Positions 1-10,273 are shown, numbered from the stretch's first letter. The stretch: 64,000 bases of DNA from Gemmatimonadota bacterium (GCA_020348925.1 CP070758.1:3239688-3303687), one strand, 5' to 3'. The notes: generated from the letters alone by a model not told the origin. Numbers and translations are program-made.

Positions 1-91
1 CATGACCGGCAACTGTTGAATTCATGAGGTTCATTTCCGGGACAATTATTGAAAAAACGATCTGTGTTTCATTCTTCACAAGGAGCATCGC

Positions 92-1327
92 ATGCTCAGA
101 GAAAGAGTCTTTCAACGGATTGTACTCATAGTCTGTGTGTTCTGTGTTCCCCTTGGCCATTCGATAGAAGCCCAACAGGAAGCACGTATTGGACGGTACG
201 AGAATGGTCTCGTGGGCTCGGACCAACCGACAACACTGGCTGCATCATCAGGATTTATATCGTCCTTCATGTTCCCCTTCTCGGCGGCAAAGAGAATAGT
301 TAAATTATCGAAGATACGATACAATCGGGTGGAAGGAATATTTCTTGGTGTGAGCCCTCCCAAGCTGGCGAAGGCTGATTTCGAGGTTTTCGGGTACCTG
401 GGCTACGGTTTTGAAAGCTCCAAATGGCGATATGAAGTCGGCTTGAAACGATCCTGGTTTTGGATGAACAGACTGGAAATAGGGGCAGCCCACTATGATT
501 TGACCGATACACAGGATCGATGGATCGTCTCCGGACTGGAGAACACTCTGGCCGCCCTTCTGTTTCGTGAAGATTTTATGGATTATTACCGACGCAAGGG
601 CTGGCGGTTTTTTGCGAGTCAGAATATTAGTGAGGTGTACAAATTGGGGCTTGAATTTCGAAGCGATCGTTATGAGGGTATGCACAAACGTACGGATTGG
701 AGTATCTTTGGGGGTGATAAAAAATTCCGACACAACCCTTCAATAGACGAAGGGAAAATGGAGAGTCTGGTGGCCACCGCTGAGGTAGACATGATGGGCT
801 ATCGTCAGGGGTGGATTTTTCGAGGGGAGTATGAAAAGGCGGGTGATCCTTTCGGGGGTGATTTCGACTTTCAGCGGCTGTGGTTACAAAGTAAGCGTTA
901 TCAACGTACGTTCGGTAATCAACAGGCGGTCATTCGTGTCATGGCCGGTTTTCATAAGAGGACGTGGCCAGACATCGTACCTGAACAGAAACGATTCGAT
1001 CTGGGTGGGATCGAAAGCTTGAGGGGATTTCCCTTTAAGGTGTTCACCGGAGATCGAATGGTGTTGGGTAATTTCTATTATCTCTTTGGCGGGGATATCC
1101 TCGGCCGGTCTAACATTTCGATCGTACGCACCCTGCAGCTCATTCTGTTCGTCGACACAGGGGCAACTTTCAATCGCAACAAGAACCTGCAGCTCAGGGA
1201 CCTAAACACCGATGGAGGAGTGGCCCTCGCCGATTTGGAAAATAGTTTTCGCATAAATTTTGCGAAGCGTCTGGATCGGTGGAAGAATTCAATCGAAATT
1301 ACCGTCAGACTTATGAGAAAGTTCTAA
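92..1327 (+). CDS. Omp85/BamA-TamA family outer-membrane beta-barrel protein without evident POTRA domains
   Basis: N-terminal signal peptide, RYNRVEG motif, amphipathic strands, 'LGGIESLRGF' loop-6-like motif, C-terminal Phe. Confidence 0.7.
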   Translation: MLRERVFQRIVLIVCVFCVPLGHSIEAQQEARIGRYENGLVGSDQPTTLAASSGFISSFMFPFSAAKRIVKLSKIRYNRVEGIFLGVSPPKLAKADFEVFGYLGYGFESSKWRYEVGLKRSWFWMNRLEIGAAHYDLTDTQDRWIVSGLENTLAALLFREDFMDYYRRKGWRFFASQNISEVYKLGLEFRSDRYEGMHKRTDWSIFGGDKKFRHNPSIDEGKMESLVATAEVDMMGYRQGWIFRGEYEKAGDPFGGDFDFQRLWLQSKRYQRTFGNQQAVIRVMAGFHKRTWPDIVPEQKRFDLGGIESLRGFPFKVFTGDRMVLGNFYYLFGGDILGRSNISIVRTLQLILFVDTGATFNRNKNLQLRDLNTDGGVALADLENSFRINFAKRLDRWKNSIEITVRLMRKF

Positions 1328-1362
1328 TCCCAATTCTTGATTTCATAAAAGGGAGTGAAGCA

Positions 1363-2856
1363 ATGAATCGCGTTCAGAATCTATTCCTGATAACTGTTCT
1401 GATGCTCACACCCCTGTCGCAAGTCTTAGGTTCATTTTTTGATCGTACGACCCTCAAGACCGAAGGAAAAATTGTTGATGGGGCTGTCGAGGACCTCAAT
1501 GACGATGGTCTGCTTGACGTTCTTGCTGTCTACGCTACTGAGCGCCATCCTCATACGCGACGCTGGTTGGCGGTCTTCTGGCAACAAGGAAAACGGCTCT
1601 TCGATCCAGAGCCGAATCAAATTTGGGAGGTTGATCCTGGGGCGGCCATCCTGGACATCGGAGATATCAGTTCTGATCCCGGACGGGAGATCGTCTTAAT
1701 GTCGGGAGATGGAATTCACTTTTACGGACAGAAGAACGGAGCCTTTGTCGATGAGTACCGGAAAGTGATCGAGACGACAACCATCTTTTGTCTGGGTGAG
1801 GACGATGATCTCCCGACGTGGAACTTTGCCCGGGACATTTGTCGGAATGTTGGAGACGAGATACTTATTCCAAAATTTGGAGCGATTGAGCTGTGGTCCC
1901 GGGGAGAGGATGGAGCCTATCGGCTGACACAGACGTTTCCGGTGAAGATGCCCACAAGGGTGTCCGCTGAAACGCCGGGTGATAACTATTCGTACGCTAT
2001 GAGGGCAGACTACCGGGTCCCCAAAATTGAATGTAAAGACTTTAATAACGACGGCAGTACTGATGTTCTCGTTTGCTGGGAGGATAATCTCAACGTATTT
2101 CTGCAGAACAGGGATGGCGCTTTCCGTTCCTCCCCGGATCATGAGTTTCAACTGGAGCTTCGCACGGACGATGAGCTGGAGAATGATGAGGTTGAGCTTC
2201 TCTTATCCGTGGACGATCTGAACGGGGATGGGTACATGGATATCGTGGTCAATAAAATGAAGGGTGGTCTGGCGAATGCAAAAACTGAAACAAATTTCTA
2301 CATGGCCCATGGGGGGAATACTTTTCGCCAAACGCCCGATCATTTCATGACAGCGGACGATGCAATCTCACAGCCATATCTTGTTGACCTCGACGGTGAC
2401 AACCGGCTTGACCTCATACAGCCCGAGATAAAAATGGGGATCAAATCTGTGGTAAGCATGTTGCTGATGAAGAAATTTAATATCAGCTTCCTGGTCTATC
2501 TCAACCGGGAGGAAGGTCTTTTTTCTGAGGAACCGGACTTCAGTACAAAAGTGAGCTTCAAGCTCGATTTCACTCGCCGGGGAGGAACAGCCTCCCCGCT
2601 TATTGAATTTGAAGGCGATTACAACGGCGATGGCCGTAAAGATTTAGCCGTGGGCACGGCGGAAGAAGAACTCTCGGTCTTTTTCGGCGACAGACATAAA
2701 GTGTTTACGAATAAACCCCAAGTTGTAGAGAAGGTACGAACCTCTTCACACGCGGTGGCGAAAGATTTCGATGGAGATGGGAAAGTCGAACTCCTCCTCT
2801 ACTACCCTGACCAGAACGAGTTGAAGAATCGTATGGTTCTCCTCTGGCCAAAATAG
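1363..2856 (+). CDS. Secreted FG-GAP/VCBS repeat protein
   Basis: Repeated DxNxDGxxD motifs (DLNDDGLLD, DFNNDGSTD, DLNGDGYMD, DYNGDGRKD, DFDGDGKVE); ATG 1363 follows GGGAG RBS and begins a signal peptide. Confidence 0.8.
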   Translation: MNRVQNLFLITVLMLTPLSQVLGSFFDRTTLKTEGKIVDGAVEDLNDDGLLDVLAVYATERHPHTRRWLAVFWQQGKRLFDPEPNQIWEVDPGAAILDIGDISSDPGREIVLMSGDGIHFYGQKNGAFVDEYRKVIETTTIFCLGEDDDLPTWNFARDICRNVGDEILIPKFGAIELWSRGEDGAYRLTQTFPVKMPTRVSAETPGDNYSYAMRADYRVPKIECKDFNNDGSTDVLVCWEDNLNVFLQNRDGAFRSSPDHEFQLELRTDDELENDEVELLLSVDDLNGDGYMDIVVNKMKGGLANAKTETNFYMAHGGNTFRQTPDHFMTADDAISQPYLVDLDGDNRLDLIQPEIKMGIKSVVSMLLMKKFNISFLVYLNREEGLFSEEPDFSTKVSFKLDFTRRGGTASPLIEFEGDYNGDGRKDLAVGTAEEELSVFFGDRHKVFTNKPQVVEKVRTSSHAVAKDFDGDGKVELLLYYPDQNELKNRMVLLWPK

Positions 2857-2863
2857 AAATCCT

Positions 2864-4048
2864 GTGGCAAAAAGAAGCAAATCGGTCACCTCTGCAAGAT
2901 ATCGATCCCGCCGAGGGACGAGACAAAAGACGAAGAGTCGGAATACCGCCAAGCGTCTCCTTGTGCTCGTGGTCGTTGTGGGAGTTGGCTTCCTTCCCTT
3001 TGAGAAGCTTTCGCAAGAGGATCCCGAAGTGACTTTGAGTGTTGTCCCCCCCGACTATTCGACCCTGGCTGATATGCTGGACGAGGCTGCAGTTCGAGCC
3101 CTGACGGATCTTGGGGTTCTGCCGGACTGGATTCAAAGGACCCAGCTGAAGATGAGCGCTGAAACCAAATTTCCACTATATACCAGGACCAGAGTCAGAG
3201 TCCCTGTGAATCTTCCTCTGGCCCTGTGCAATCTCGAAGTGACAAAGGCGGTTCAACAACTGGGTGGAGGCGTCATCGACGGCTCTGAGAACGGCCTTGG
3301 AACAATCGTCACCCTGAGCATAGGTGTCCGGGATCATACAACCGGTAAAATTATTTTAAGGAGAGATACCTCTCTCGAACGAGGCGAGGGGAAAGCAGCA
3401 ATCATCATCGATGATTTTGGTGAAAGCATGAATGAAACATGTAACGGATTTCTGAGCCTCAACCAACCCTTGACACTCGCCGTTTTGCCCAGTCTGGGAG
3501 CCTCAAAGGAGATTGCTGAACAAGCGCACCAGCGTGGATTCGAAGTAATGCTCCATCTCCCGATGGAACCTCATAACTCCCAGATGGATCCAGGCAAGGG
3601 TGCCATCTCTGTTCATATGACTCTTCCCGAAATCAGAGCACGAGTTCAGAAAAATCTCGAGAGTGTGCCCCACATTCGGGGAGTGAACAATCATATGGGA
3701 TCGATGGTCACGGAAAACGATACGGTTATTGAGGCGGTATTGAGGGAGATTGGCAGGAAAAAACTCTATTGGGTCGATAGTAGAACTTCAAGCAAATCCA
3801 AAGCCTACGACGTTGCAAAAAAAATAGGTCTCAAAGCTACGCGATCCAGATTGTTTCTTGACAACGAACCGGAGATCGAAAAAATCCGAGCGAAGTTGGA
3901 GGAATTGTATGAATTGACGACGACCCAGGATTCGGTGATAGCCATTGGTCACTGCCGCCCACTGACTCTGCAAGTGCTTAAAAAAGAATTGCCGAAGCTG
4001 GAAAAGAAGGGTATCACATTTGTGTATGCTTCGGAGCTTATCGAGTGA
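2864..4048 (+). CDS. Divergent polysaccharide deacetylase family protein (YibQ-like), membrane anchored
   Basis: IIIDDFG, MLHLPMEP, GVNNHMGS, DSRT, FLDN and IAIGH motifs. Confidence 0.85.
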   Translation: MAKRSKSVTSARYRSRRGTRQKTKSRNTAKRLLVLVVVVGVGFLPFEKLSQEDPEVTLSVVPPDYSTLADMLDEAAVRALTDLGVLPDWIQRTQLKMSAETKFPLYTRTRVRVPVNLPLALCNLEVTKAVQQLGGGVIDGSENGLGTIVTLSIGVRDHTTGKIILRRDTSLERGEGKAAIIIDDFGESMNETCNGFLSLNQPLTLAVLPSLGASKEIAEQAHQRGFEVMLHLPMEPHNSQMDPGKGAISVHMTLPEIRARVQKNLESVPHIRGVNNHMGSMVTENDTVIEAVLREIGRKKLYWVDSRTSSKSKAYDVAKKIGLKATRSRLFLDNEPEIEKIRAKLEELYELTTTQDSVIAIGHCRPLTLQVLKKELPKLEKKGITFVYASELIE

Positions 4049-4141
4049 ACCAACGCAATTGAAAAATTGCTCACTTGAAAATGAAAAGTGTTCATTGAAA
4101 CATGCAATATCAGGGTTTCTCATAACAGCCTCGTCTTTTCA

Positions 4142-4247
4142 TGTCATTGCGAGGAGCAAAGTGTGACGGAGATTTTTCACTTCGTTCGGAACAGGCTCCG
4201 CAATCTCCTTCTGTCATGGGATTGCTTCGCTATCGCTGGCAGAGGCA
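4142..4247. repeat. Palindromic intergenic element (TGTCATTGCGAG type, decayed 3' end)
   Basis: TGTCATTGCGAG...GCAATCTC...GGGATTGCTTCGC; resembles the 8980-9055 element. Confidence 0.55.
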
Positions 4248-4406
4248 GGTGCCAGTTTTCACTATCCCTAAAAAAGTGGCTTCAATCATCAAAGGTCACA
4301 ATGAAAGAAAGGAGATTTTATCAGGAAATTTGAGAACTGATTCTGTCTACCGCGCTTTGCCTTTTGAACTATTCATTTTTCACTTCAATTTCATGGAGGT
4401 ATTCCT

Positions 4407-5129
4407 ATGAGACTGGGAGTAAACATCGATCACGTCGCCACAGTGCGCCAGGCTCGTGGTACGAACGAACCGGATCCTGTGGCTGCTTCTTTTCTGGTTG
4501 AGTTAGCGGGAGCTGAGGGGATCGTGGTCCATCTCCGTGAAGACAGACGGCACATTCAGGACAGAGATTTGGAAATTTTACGAAAAGTGGTGAAGCTTCA
4601 TCTCAACCTCGAAATGGCCGCCACGGAGGAGATGATCGAGATCGCCTTGAAGACAAAACCCGACATGGTCACGCTCGTTCCGGAGAAGCGGGAGGAACTG
4701 ACCACCGAGGGGGGATTGGATGTCGTAAATCTTTCTGGCGAACTCTCATCGGCGATTGCAAACCTCAAGACCGGAGGAATTGTGGTGAGCCTGTTTATTA
4801 ATCCGGACATGGCCCAGATCAAGGCATCTGCGAAAGTCGGAGCGGACGTGGTGGAGTTACATGCGGGTGAATACGCCAATGCGCAGGATGCGGAGGAAGA
4901 GGTGGCTCAATTGGAGCGGCTGCGCAACGGGGCGATTCTGGCTGAGAAGCTCGCCCTTGGCGTCAGTGCCGGCCACGGCCTGACGTACCAGAATGTGGAC
5001 AACATCTGCGCCATCGAGCCCATCGAGGAACTCAATATCGGCCACTCTATCATATCGCGGGCGGTTTTGGTAGGATTGGAGCGAGCAGTCCGGGATATGC
5101 TCGACATTATGCGCAGGGTTTCGGCGTAG
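4407..5129 (+). CDS. pdxJ: Pyridoxine 5'-phosphate synthase
   Basis: [51 protein letters not shown]. Confidence 0.97.
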   Translation: MRLGVNIDHVATVRQARGTNEPDPVAASFLVELAGAEGIVVHLREDRRHIQDRDLEILRKVVKLHLNLEMAATEEMIEIALKTKPDMVTLVPEKREELTTEGGLDVVNLSGELSSAIANLKTGGIVVSLFINPDMAQIKASAKVGADVVELHAGEYANAQDAEEEVAQLERLRNGAILAEKLALGVSAGHGLTYQNVDNICAIEPIEELNIGHSIISRAVLVGLERAVRDMLDIMRRVSA

Positions 5130-5295
5130 TCCTTTTCGATCGCAGGGACAAAGAATTACCTCCTGTCGCTCGTTGTGTCTCAATCGAGGCAGGACCCCTT
5201 TGCAAATGCCTACTTGTCCTGGCTCTTTGTAACCGTTCATTTACAGCCGAACTTATCGGAACGTCAATACATTTTGAGCCTGCTTTATTCACAAG

Positions 5296-5388
5296 CTGTC
5301 ATTCCGGTCCCGATTTATCTGGAAATCTCCTCGGTTGGATCAACATCCTCTCTATTAAGGAGATTCCGGTATAAAACCGGAATGACAG
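5296..5388. repeat. Palindromic intergenic element with 13-bp terminal inverted repeat
   Basis: CTGTCATTCCGGT (5296) / ACCGGAATGACAG (ends 5388). Confidence 0.7.
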
Positions 5389-5658
5389 GCAGGGTTTCTG
5401 TGGAAAGCAGAAGCCAACGGAGTTCAAAACCGATAATTTTCATAAGTCACATAGAATAAATATGTTAATTTATTTTTTACCAATTTTATGAATAATCCAA
5501 ATTATAAATTTACGTTTTTTTTGCACATTCGAATGCTCATGGACATGAATCTCATCCAACTCTAAGAATTTTAATGTCTTAAAATTTATATATTTAGATG
5601 GTTCTCCGAAAAAATATGAAAAATAATGACAAATAATTGTAAAACATGAATTTTATCC

Positions 5659-5686
5659 TTGACAAATTGAAAAAAAGGACTATACT
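5659..5686 (+). promoter_or_regulatory. Sigma70-type promoter
   Basis: TTGACA-16 nt-TATACT in an AT-rich context. Confidence 0.55.
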
Positions 5687-6425
5687 AAGAATACTCTTGT
5701 CAGACGTGGACGTAAACGTTTTAACGGAGGAAGGTCAAGGGGAAAAATTTCAAATCAAAATCTTTTAAACGCATCTACGCTTATACGTTTCCGCACATGT
5801 ACTCTCTCTCATTCGTGGGATGCGAAGGTGGTCATGGCTGCAACCTTCGCATTAGGAGCATTGAGTGCTTCAATGAACTTAATCCTGTTGTGAAGGGAGG
5901 TTTTTTTCTCTGCATACAATCGGATAGGCTTGATAATTAGGTTTTGCATCTTTGAAACTTACAGCCAAGCCGACAGCGTGTTGTAGAGCTGGTCACGACG
6001 CCTTCTTTACGCTCGTTTTAATAAAGACTGAGAAGGCGTTTTGTTGTTCTCAATAGGGTTCGAGGAATCGAGGATTCAAGGATTCGGGTGAATTCAACTT
6101 GAAATATTATTAAAATCTTTCTCTTCTTTCATTTCACCAAGCTCGAATCAAGTTCAGGCGATTGGAGAAACCCGGCTTTATACCAGGACCGATTCATCGA
6201 TTCCGTTTCTCTGCTAAAGATAAGAGTGGGACTCTCCGAGGGATTCCGGAGTTCTTTCGGATCTGTCCCTAAAAAATTGCCGATGGAGTGCGAGTTTAAC
6301 TCCACTCAATGGGAACACCCGGGGTGTGAGGATTGTGAAAGGCGTTTTCCCGGATGAAATTCTGCTCATTTTATCTCACTGCAACAGCGATACGATAGGA
6401 ACAGGCTTCGGATAAGGAGGAAAAC

Positions 6426-8396
6426 ATGGCATCGAAAAAACCTGTTCTCGACATGTTTCAAGCGGCCCACGCCCTGGAGTATGGAGCGAAATTCTACAAG
6501 GCCGATTTCCATTTTCATACGCCGGCTTCTGAAGATGCCCGGGGAAAAAATCGGTATAATTTCAATCCGTACAAGATAAAATACCCACCGAAGGAAAAGA
6601 CCCCCGGTTATGGCCGCGCAGTGAATGAAATCCAGAAAACGATCTTGAAGGATGCCCGTAAAATCGCGGCGGATATTGTGCGTCGTTTTTGTGAGGTCGA
6701 CCTCTCACTGGTTGCTGTCACCGACCACAACGGCATTGGTACAATTTGGGCCGATGATGAATCTACTAAGAAAGCCATGGATTTGGCCGCTCCCACCTGG
6801 TATGAGCTGATCGACGATGAGGCCCGGAAAGTGAACAGGAGGGAGGGGAAGACAGTCTTGACGATATTCCCCGGCACCGAAATCAGCACAACCGGGATAC
6901 ACATCTTGGCGATTTTTCCGCCTCAAAATCCCCGCAGGAAAGTTCATTTCATGATCTGCGACCTGTTGAACGAGGTCGGCTTTGCTGTCGATGATTGGGG
7001 GAAAAATCCGAAAGTTGGGACGGCGAGTCCCTTTAATGCGATTCGTCTCATTGTTCAGAAAGGCGGAATTCCAATACTGGCGCATATTGACGGCAGCGAT
7101 CAGGCCATTTTGAAACTGTACAAAATCAATAGCGGTGCAATGAAGAATGTGCTTCGCCACAAACAACTCTGTGCCGTCGAGATCGTGAAGCCGTCACGGT
7201 TTTCGAAAAAGGATAAGAAGTTACAAAAAACGCTGAAAGACTGGATCGATATACTGCGCTTGAAGGAGGACCTAACGCCCCTTGCATATTTTCAAGGCTC
7301 CGATGCCCATGATCTGCCGACCGTTGCGAAGAGACACACCTACCTCAAGATGACCGAGCCATCTTTTTCAGGTTTTCGAACCGCAATCAAAATGCCCTCA
7401 TCACGGGTGAGAATTTCAGATGTCCAGACGCCGGAGTTCGAGGGGCTGTATATTCACAGCGTGGCCGTCCATAATTCATTCTTCGGCAAGCAAATGTTGA
7501 GGTTCAATCGTCATGCGAACTGCATCACCGGCAAGAAAGGATCGGGGAAATCTTATATTTTCGACTTGATGCAGGCCGCGGTCGATCCGGAGTTTCCTCA
7601 CGCGCAGGGGGAGGTGACTCTGTTTATTGAAAAGCTGAAGGGTGCAGCGTCGCAGTATTACGCGTTTTCGCGCAGCAAGAAAGACGATCATGTCAAATTA
7701 TATTCTCTCGGGGACAGTGCAACGACCGCTCAAGAGATTGATTTGGAGCAGGCCGATAATTTACACATACAACCGAATTTTTACAACGCTGCGAGAATCG
7801 AGGAACTGATCTCGTCGAGGGAGGGATTGAACTCCTTTTTGGTGAAACATTTTGGAAACCCAACAGAAAAGAACAAGCGCCGTTTCAATAAAAAGTTTTC
7901 AATTCCCTCTTTTCTTCGAGAGAAGGACGAACCGCTGCTGTTCCTCGAGTCGGATAGTGTTGGCTCCAAGCTCTCTGTCAATATCCAATGGTATACAGGC
8001 AAGCCAAAAATGAGAGACTTCTTCACCCTCAGCAGGAGTCTGCGAAGGACGGCCTTGATGTGTATGGTTATTGTCATGAGCGATTTCGGTCCGGTAATTA
8101 TTGACGCACCGGAGACACACTTTGACAATGAGGATATCGCACAGTTCCTTGTGCCCCTCATCAAAAGATATAAAGATTACCAGCAGGTGATTCTCTTTAC
8201 GAACAATCCTCTGTTGGCCGTGAATACGGATCCTGACAATTACATTCTTTTAGAAACCAGAGGGGAAAAAGTGAAGAAAATCATATCGGGTTTTGCCATC
8301 GATGACGAACATCAAAAACCCTGGCTTCTAAAAATAATGGAAGGAAGTCTCCGTTCATTCCACAGACGCGCCGATAGATATGAGATTAATGAGTAA
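6426..8396 (+). CDS. PHP phosphoesterase-ABC/SMC-type ATPase fusion (Ppl/TrlF-like), compact, ATPase partly degenerate
   Basis: PHP motifs DFHFHTP, VTDHN, GTEI, AHID, GSDAH; Walker A GKKGSGKS; Walker B IIDAPETHFDN; AAGGAGG RBS. Confidence 0.75.
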   Translation: MASKKPVLDMFQAAHALEYGAKFYKADFHFHTPASEDARGKNRYNFNPYKIKYPPKEKTPGYGRAVNEIQKTILKDARKIAADIVRRFCEVDLSLVAVTDHNGIGTIWADDESTKKAMDLAAPTWYELIDDEARKVNRREGKTVLTIFPGTEISTTGIHILAIFPPQNPRRKVHFMICDLLNEVGFAVDDWGKNPKVGTASPFNAIRLIVQKGGIPILAHIDGSDQAILKLYKINSGAMKNVLRHKQLCAVEIVKPSRFSKKDKKLQKTLKDWIDILRLKEDLTPLAYFQGSDAHDLPTVAKRHTYLKMTEPSFSGFRTAIKMPSSRVRISDVQTPEFEGLYIHSVAVHNSFFGKQMLRFNRHANCITGKKGSGKSYIFDLMQAAVDPEFPHAQGEVTLFIEKLKGAASQYYAFSRSKKDDHVKLYSLGDSATTAQEIDLEQADNLHIQPNFYNAARIEELISSREGLNSFLVKHFGNPTEKNKRRFNKKFSIPSFLREKDEPLLFLESDSVGSKLSVNIQWYTGKPKMRDFFTLSRSLRRTALMCMVIVMSDFGPVIIDAPETHFDNEDIAQFLVPLIKRYKDYQQVILFTNNPLLAVNTDPDNYILLETRGEKVKKIISGFAIDDEHQKPWLLKIMEGSLRSFHRRADRYEINE

Positions 8397-8521
8397 TCTC
8401 ATTGATCTGTGCCAAATAAGACATAGGGACGTCAGCTAAGAAATATGCTTTCGTGCTATCGATGGGTTAGACTTTCAGAAACCTAAATTGAGCAATTCTT
8501 GACAAACAAATATGACTTAGA

Positions 8522-8609
8522 TGTTATTCTGAGCTCGATTTATCGGACGAAGAATCTCTTACCTTATGAGTGAGATTCTTCACTTCTAATTGCTCCGTTC
8601 AGAATGACA
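8522..8609. repeat. Palindromic intergenic element (TGTTATTCTGAG...TTCAGAATGACA)
   Basis: Terminal inverted repeat plus inner hairpin GAAGAATCTC/GAGATTCTTC. Confidence 0.65.
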
Positions 8610-8979
8610 AATCGGTACTTTGGTCCGATAAATCGCTCAGAGTAGGAGAAAATATTATTTAAGATAAAAATTCAAAGTTAAAGGTAAACATCTCTTTTTG
8701 AGAGATAATGCATGTTACCTTTCTTTGAATTGAATGTAAAACCCAAGGGATAAAGAAAATGTAGTATTATCAGACCTGTTCCTAATTTGCTACGAGGACT
8801 AAAAAGTATGGCTTCAAAGGAAATCAACAGAAAGTTTGATCCGTGATTACTTTTTAATTTTCACCAAACTTTCTCAAACCTGGATGATAAAAATTTGTTA
8901 CAGTGGTGGGTTAACGCCACATTTATCCCTGACGCGGCCAGGCCAAGAGATTATCCCCCTTTTCAACGGCCAGCGCTCC

Positions 8980-9055
8980 TGTCATCGCGAGAAGCACAGT
9001 GATGAAGCAATCGTCCTGTTGTCGTGAGATTGCGACGCTGTCGCTCGCAATGACA
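8980..9055. repeat. Palindromic intergenic element (TGTCATCGCGAG...CTCGCAATGACA)
   Basis: 11/12 terminal inverted repeat; inner GCAATC/GATTGC stem. Confidence 0.7.
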
Positions 9056-9261
9056 AAAGAATGCCGGGCGAGAGTTCGGGTCTTAAGAATTATGAAGTTT
9101 TGCAGCCGCTCTTTCCAAAACGAGCATCAAGAAATCTCTAAGACAGGAATCAGTAGCCACAAATGTAGATCCAGAGGGGACCTGTTCCCGAAAAGAGGAA
9201 GACGCTGACGCCTGAATACCATTTGATAAGTAAAGCATTTATCAAAAGGAATTGATGCCCG

Positions 9262-10248
9262 TTACATGTGCAATTCGATCACATCCTCATCATTGAGAAC
9301 GTAGTCCTTATTCACCCGCTGACCGTCGAATTTCTCCGATCCCCAGATACGGGCGAATCTGAGCTTTTCCCCGAAATCCTTGTGCACCATCTGGGCAAAA
9401 TCGAGGAGCGTACACCCCCTTTTCAGGATAAAGGGTTTGTCCAATTCGGCCTCCTTGCCCGGAGGCTTGGAATGGACTCGGAGGATGCCGAGCATGTCAT
9501 AAACAGAACGTTTCAACTTTTCGAGGTTTTTTCCGTGCTTTGCGGAAACGGGCAGTATCGGAAAAGAAGCACTGTATTGGTCTTTCAATATGTGAAAAGT
9601 ATCTTCGGAATCATCGAAATCATTTTTGTTTGCCACGATCATGGTCTTTTTATAGGCCACACTGCTCCATGGATCGACCTCCGGCTCCTCACGAACAAGG
9701 GCCAATTTCGATTCTTTCATGATTTCCAGAGAAGTCTCCGTTTGAATGAGAGGATCGGCTGTTAAGTCGACCATAAGCAGGACACCGTCGGAGTTGCGGA
9801 TAATGTTCGGCACCCAGAATGCCATATGATCGGCTGAAATGGGTGGGAGATCGACCAGCTGGATCTGAATATTTTCAAAGGGCATCATGGCCGGATGGGG
9901 CATTCGGGTCGTAAAGGGGTATTCGGCGACCTCGGGAGATGCATGTGTCAAGGAGGATACAAGTTGTGATTTTCCAACATTGGGCAGTCCGGCCAGGACG
10001 ACCTGACCCGCCCCTTCCTTCTCCACATGGAATGTTGCTGCACGTTTTCCTGCTTTTCTCTCCTGTTGAAGCTCGGTATTGTGCTTGGCGATTCGCTTTC
10101 TTATATCACCCTGGAGCTTCATCGTCCCCTTGTGTTTGGGGATCGTGGCATACATCTCCTTCAAGGCCTGTATTTTCTCGGCCGGTGTTTTAGCCTGTCT
10201 GTATCTCTCTTCTGCGGCTAAGTAATCCGGTGTCAGGTTGGCTGGCAT
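9262..10248 (-). CDS. DRG/RBG1-like OBG-family GTPase with TGS domain
   Basis: MPANL...PKHKGT N-terminus, GLPNVGKS, YPFTT, DLPP, NKND, SAK, C-terminal TGS domain (VHKDF...ARIWG...DEDVIELH). Confidence 0.9.
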   Translation of the reverse strand: MPANLTPDYLAAEERYRQAKTPAEKIQALKEMYATIPKHKGTMKLQGDIRKRIAKHNTELQQERKAGKRAATFHVEKEGAGQVVLAGLPNVGKSQLVSSLTHASPEVAEYPFTTRMPHPAMMPFENIQIQLVDLPPISADHMAFWVPNIIRNSDGVLLMVDLTADPLIQTETSLEIMKESKLALVREEPEVDPWSSVAYKKTMIVANKNDFDDSEDTFHILKDQYSASFPILPVSAKHGKNLEKLKRSVYDMLGILRVHSKPPGKEAELDKPFILKRGCTLLDFAQMVHKDFGEKLRFARIWGSEKFDGQRVNKDYVLNDEDVIELHM

Positions 10249-10273
10249 AATGAAGAATCTGAACGCGTTGAAC

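Noticed and set aside
4141-4410. 89-aa ORF starting MSLRGAKCD
   Set aside because: Translation of the palindromic element; no independent coding evidence.
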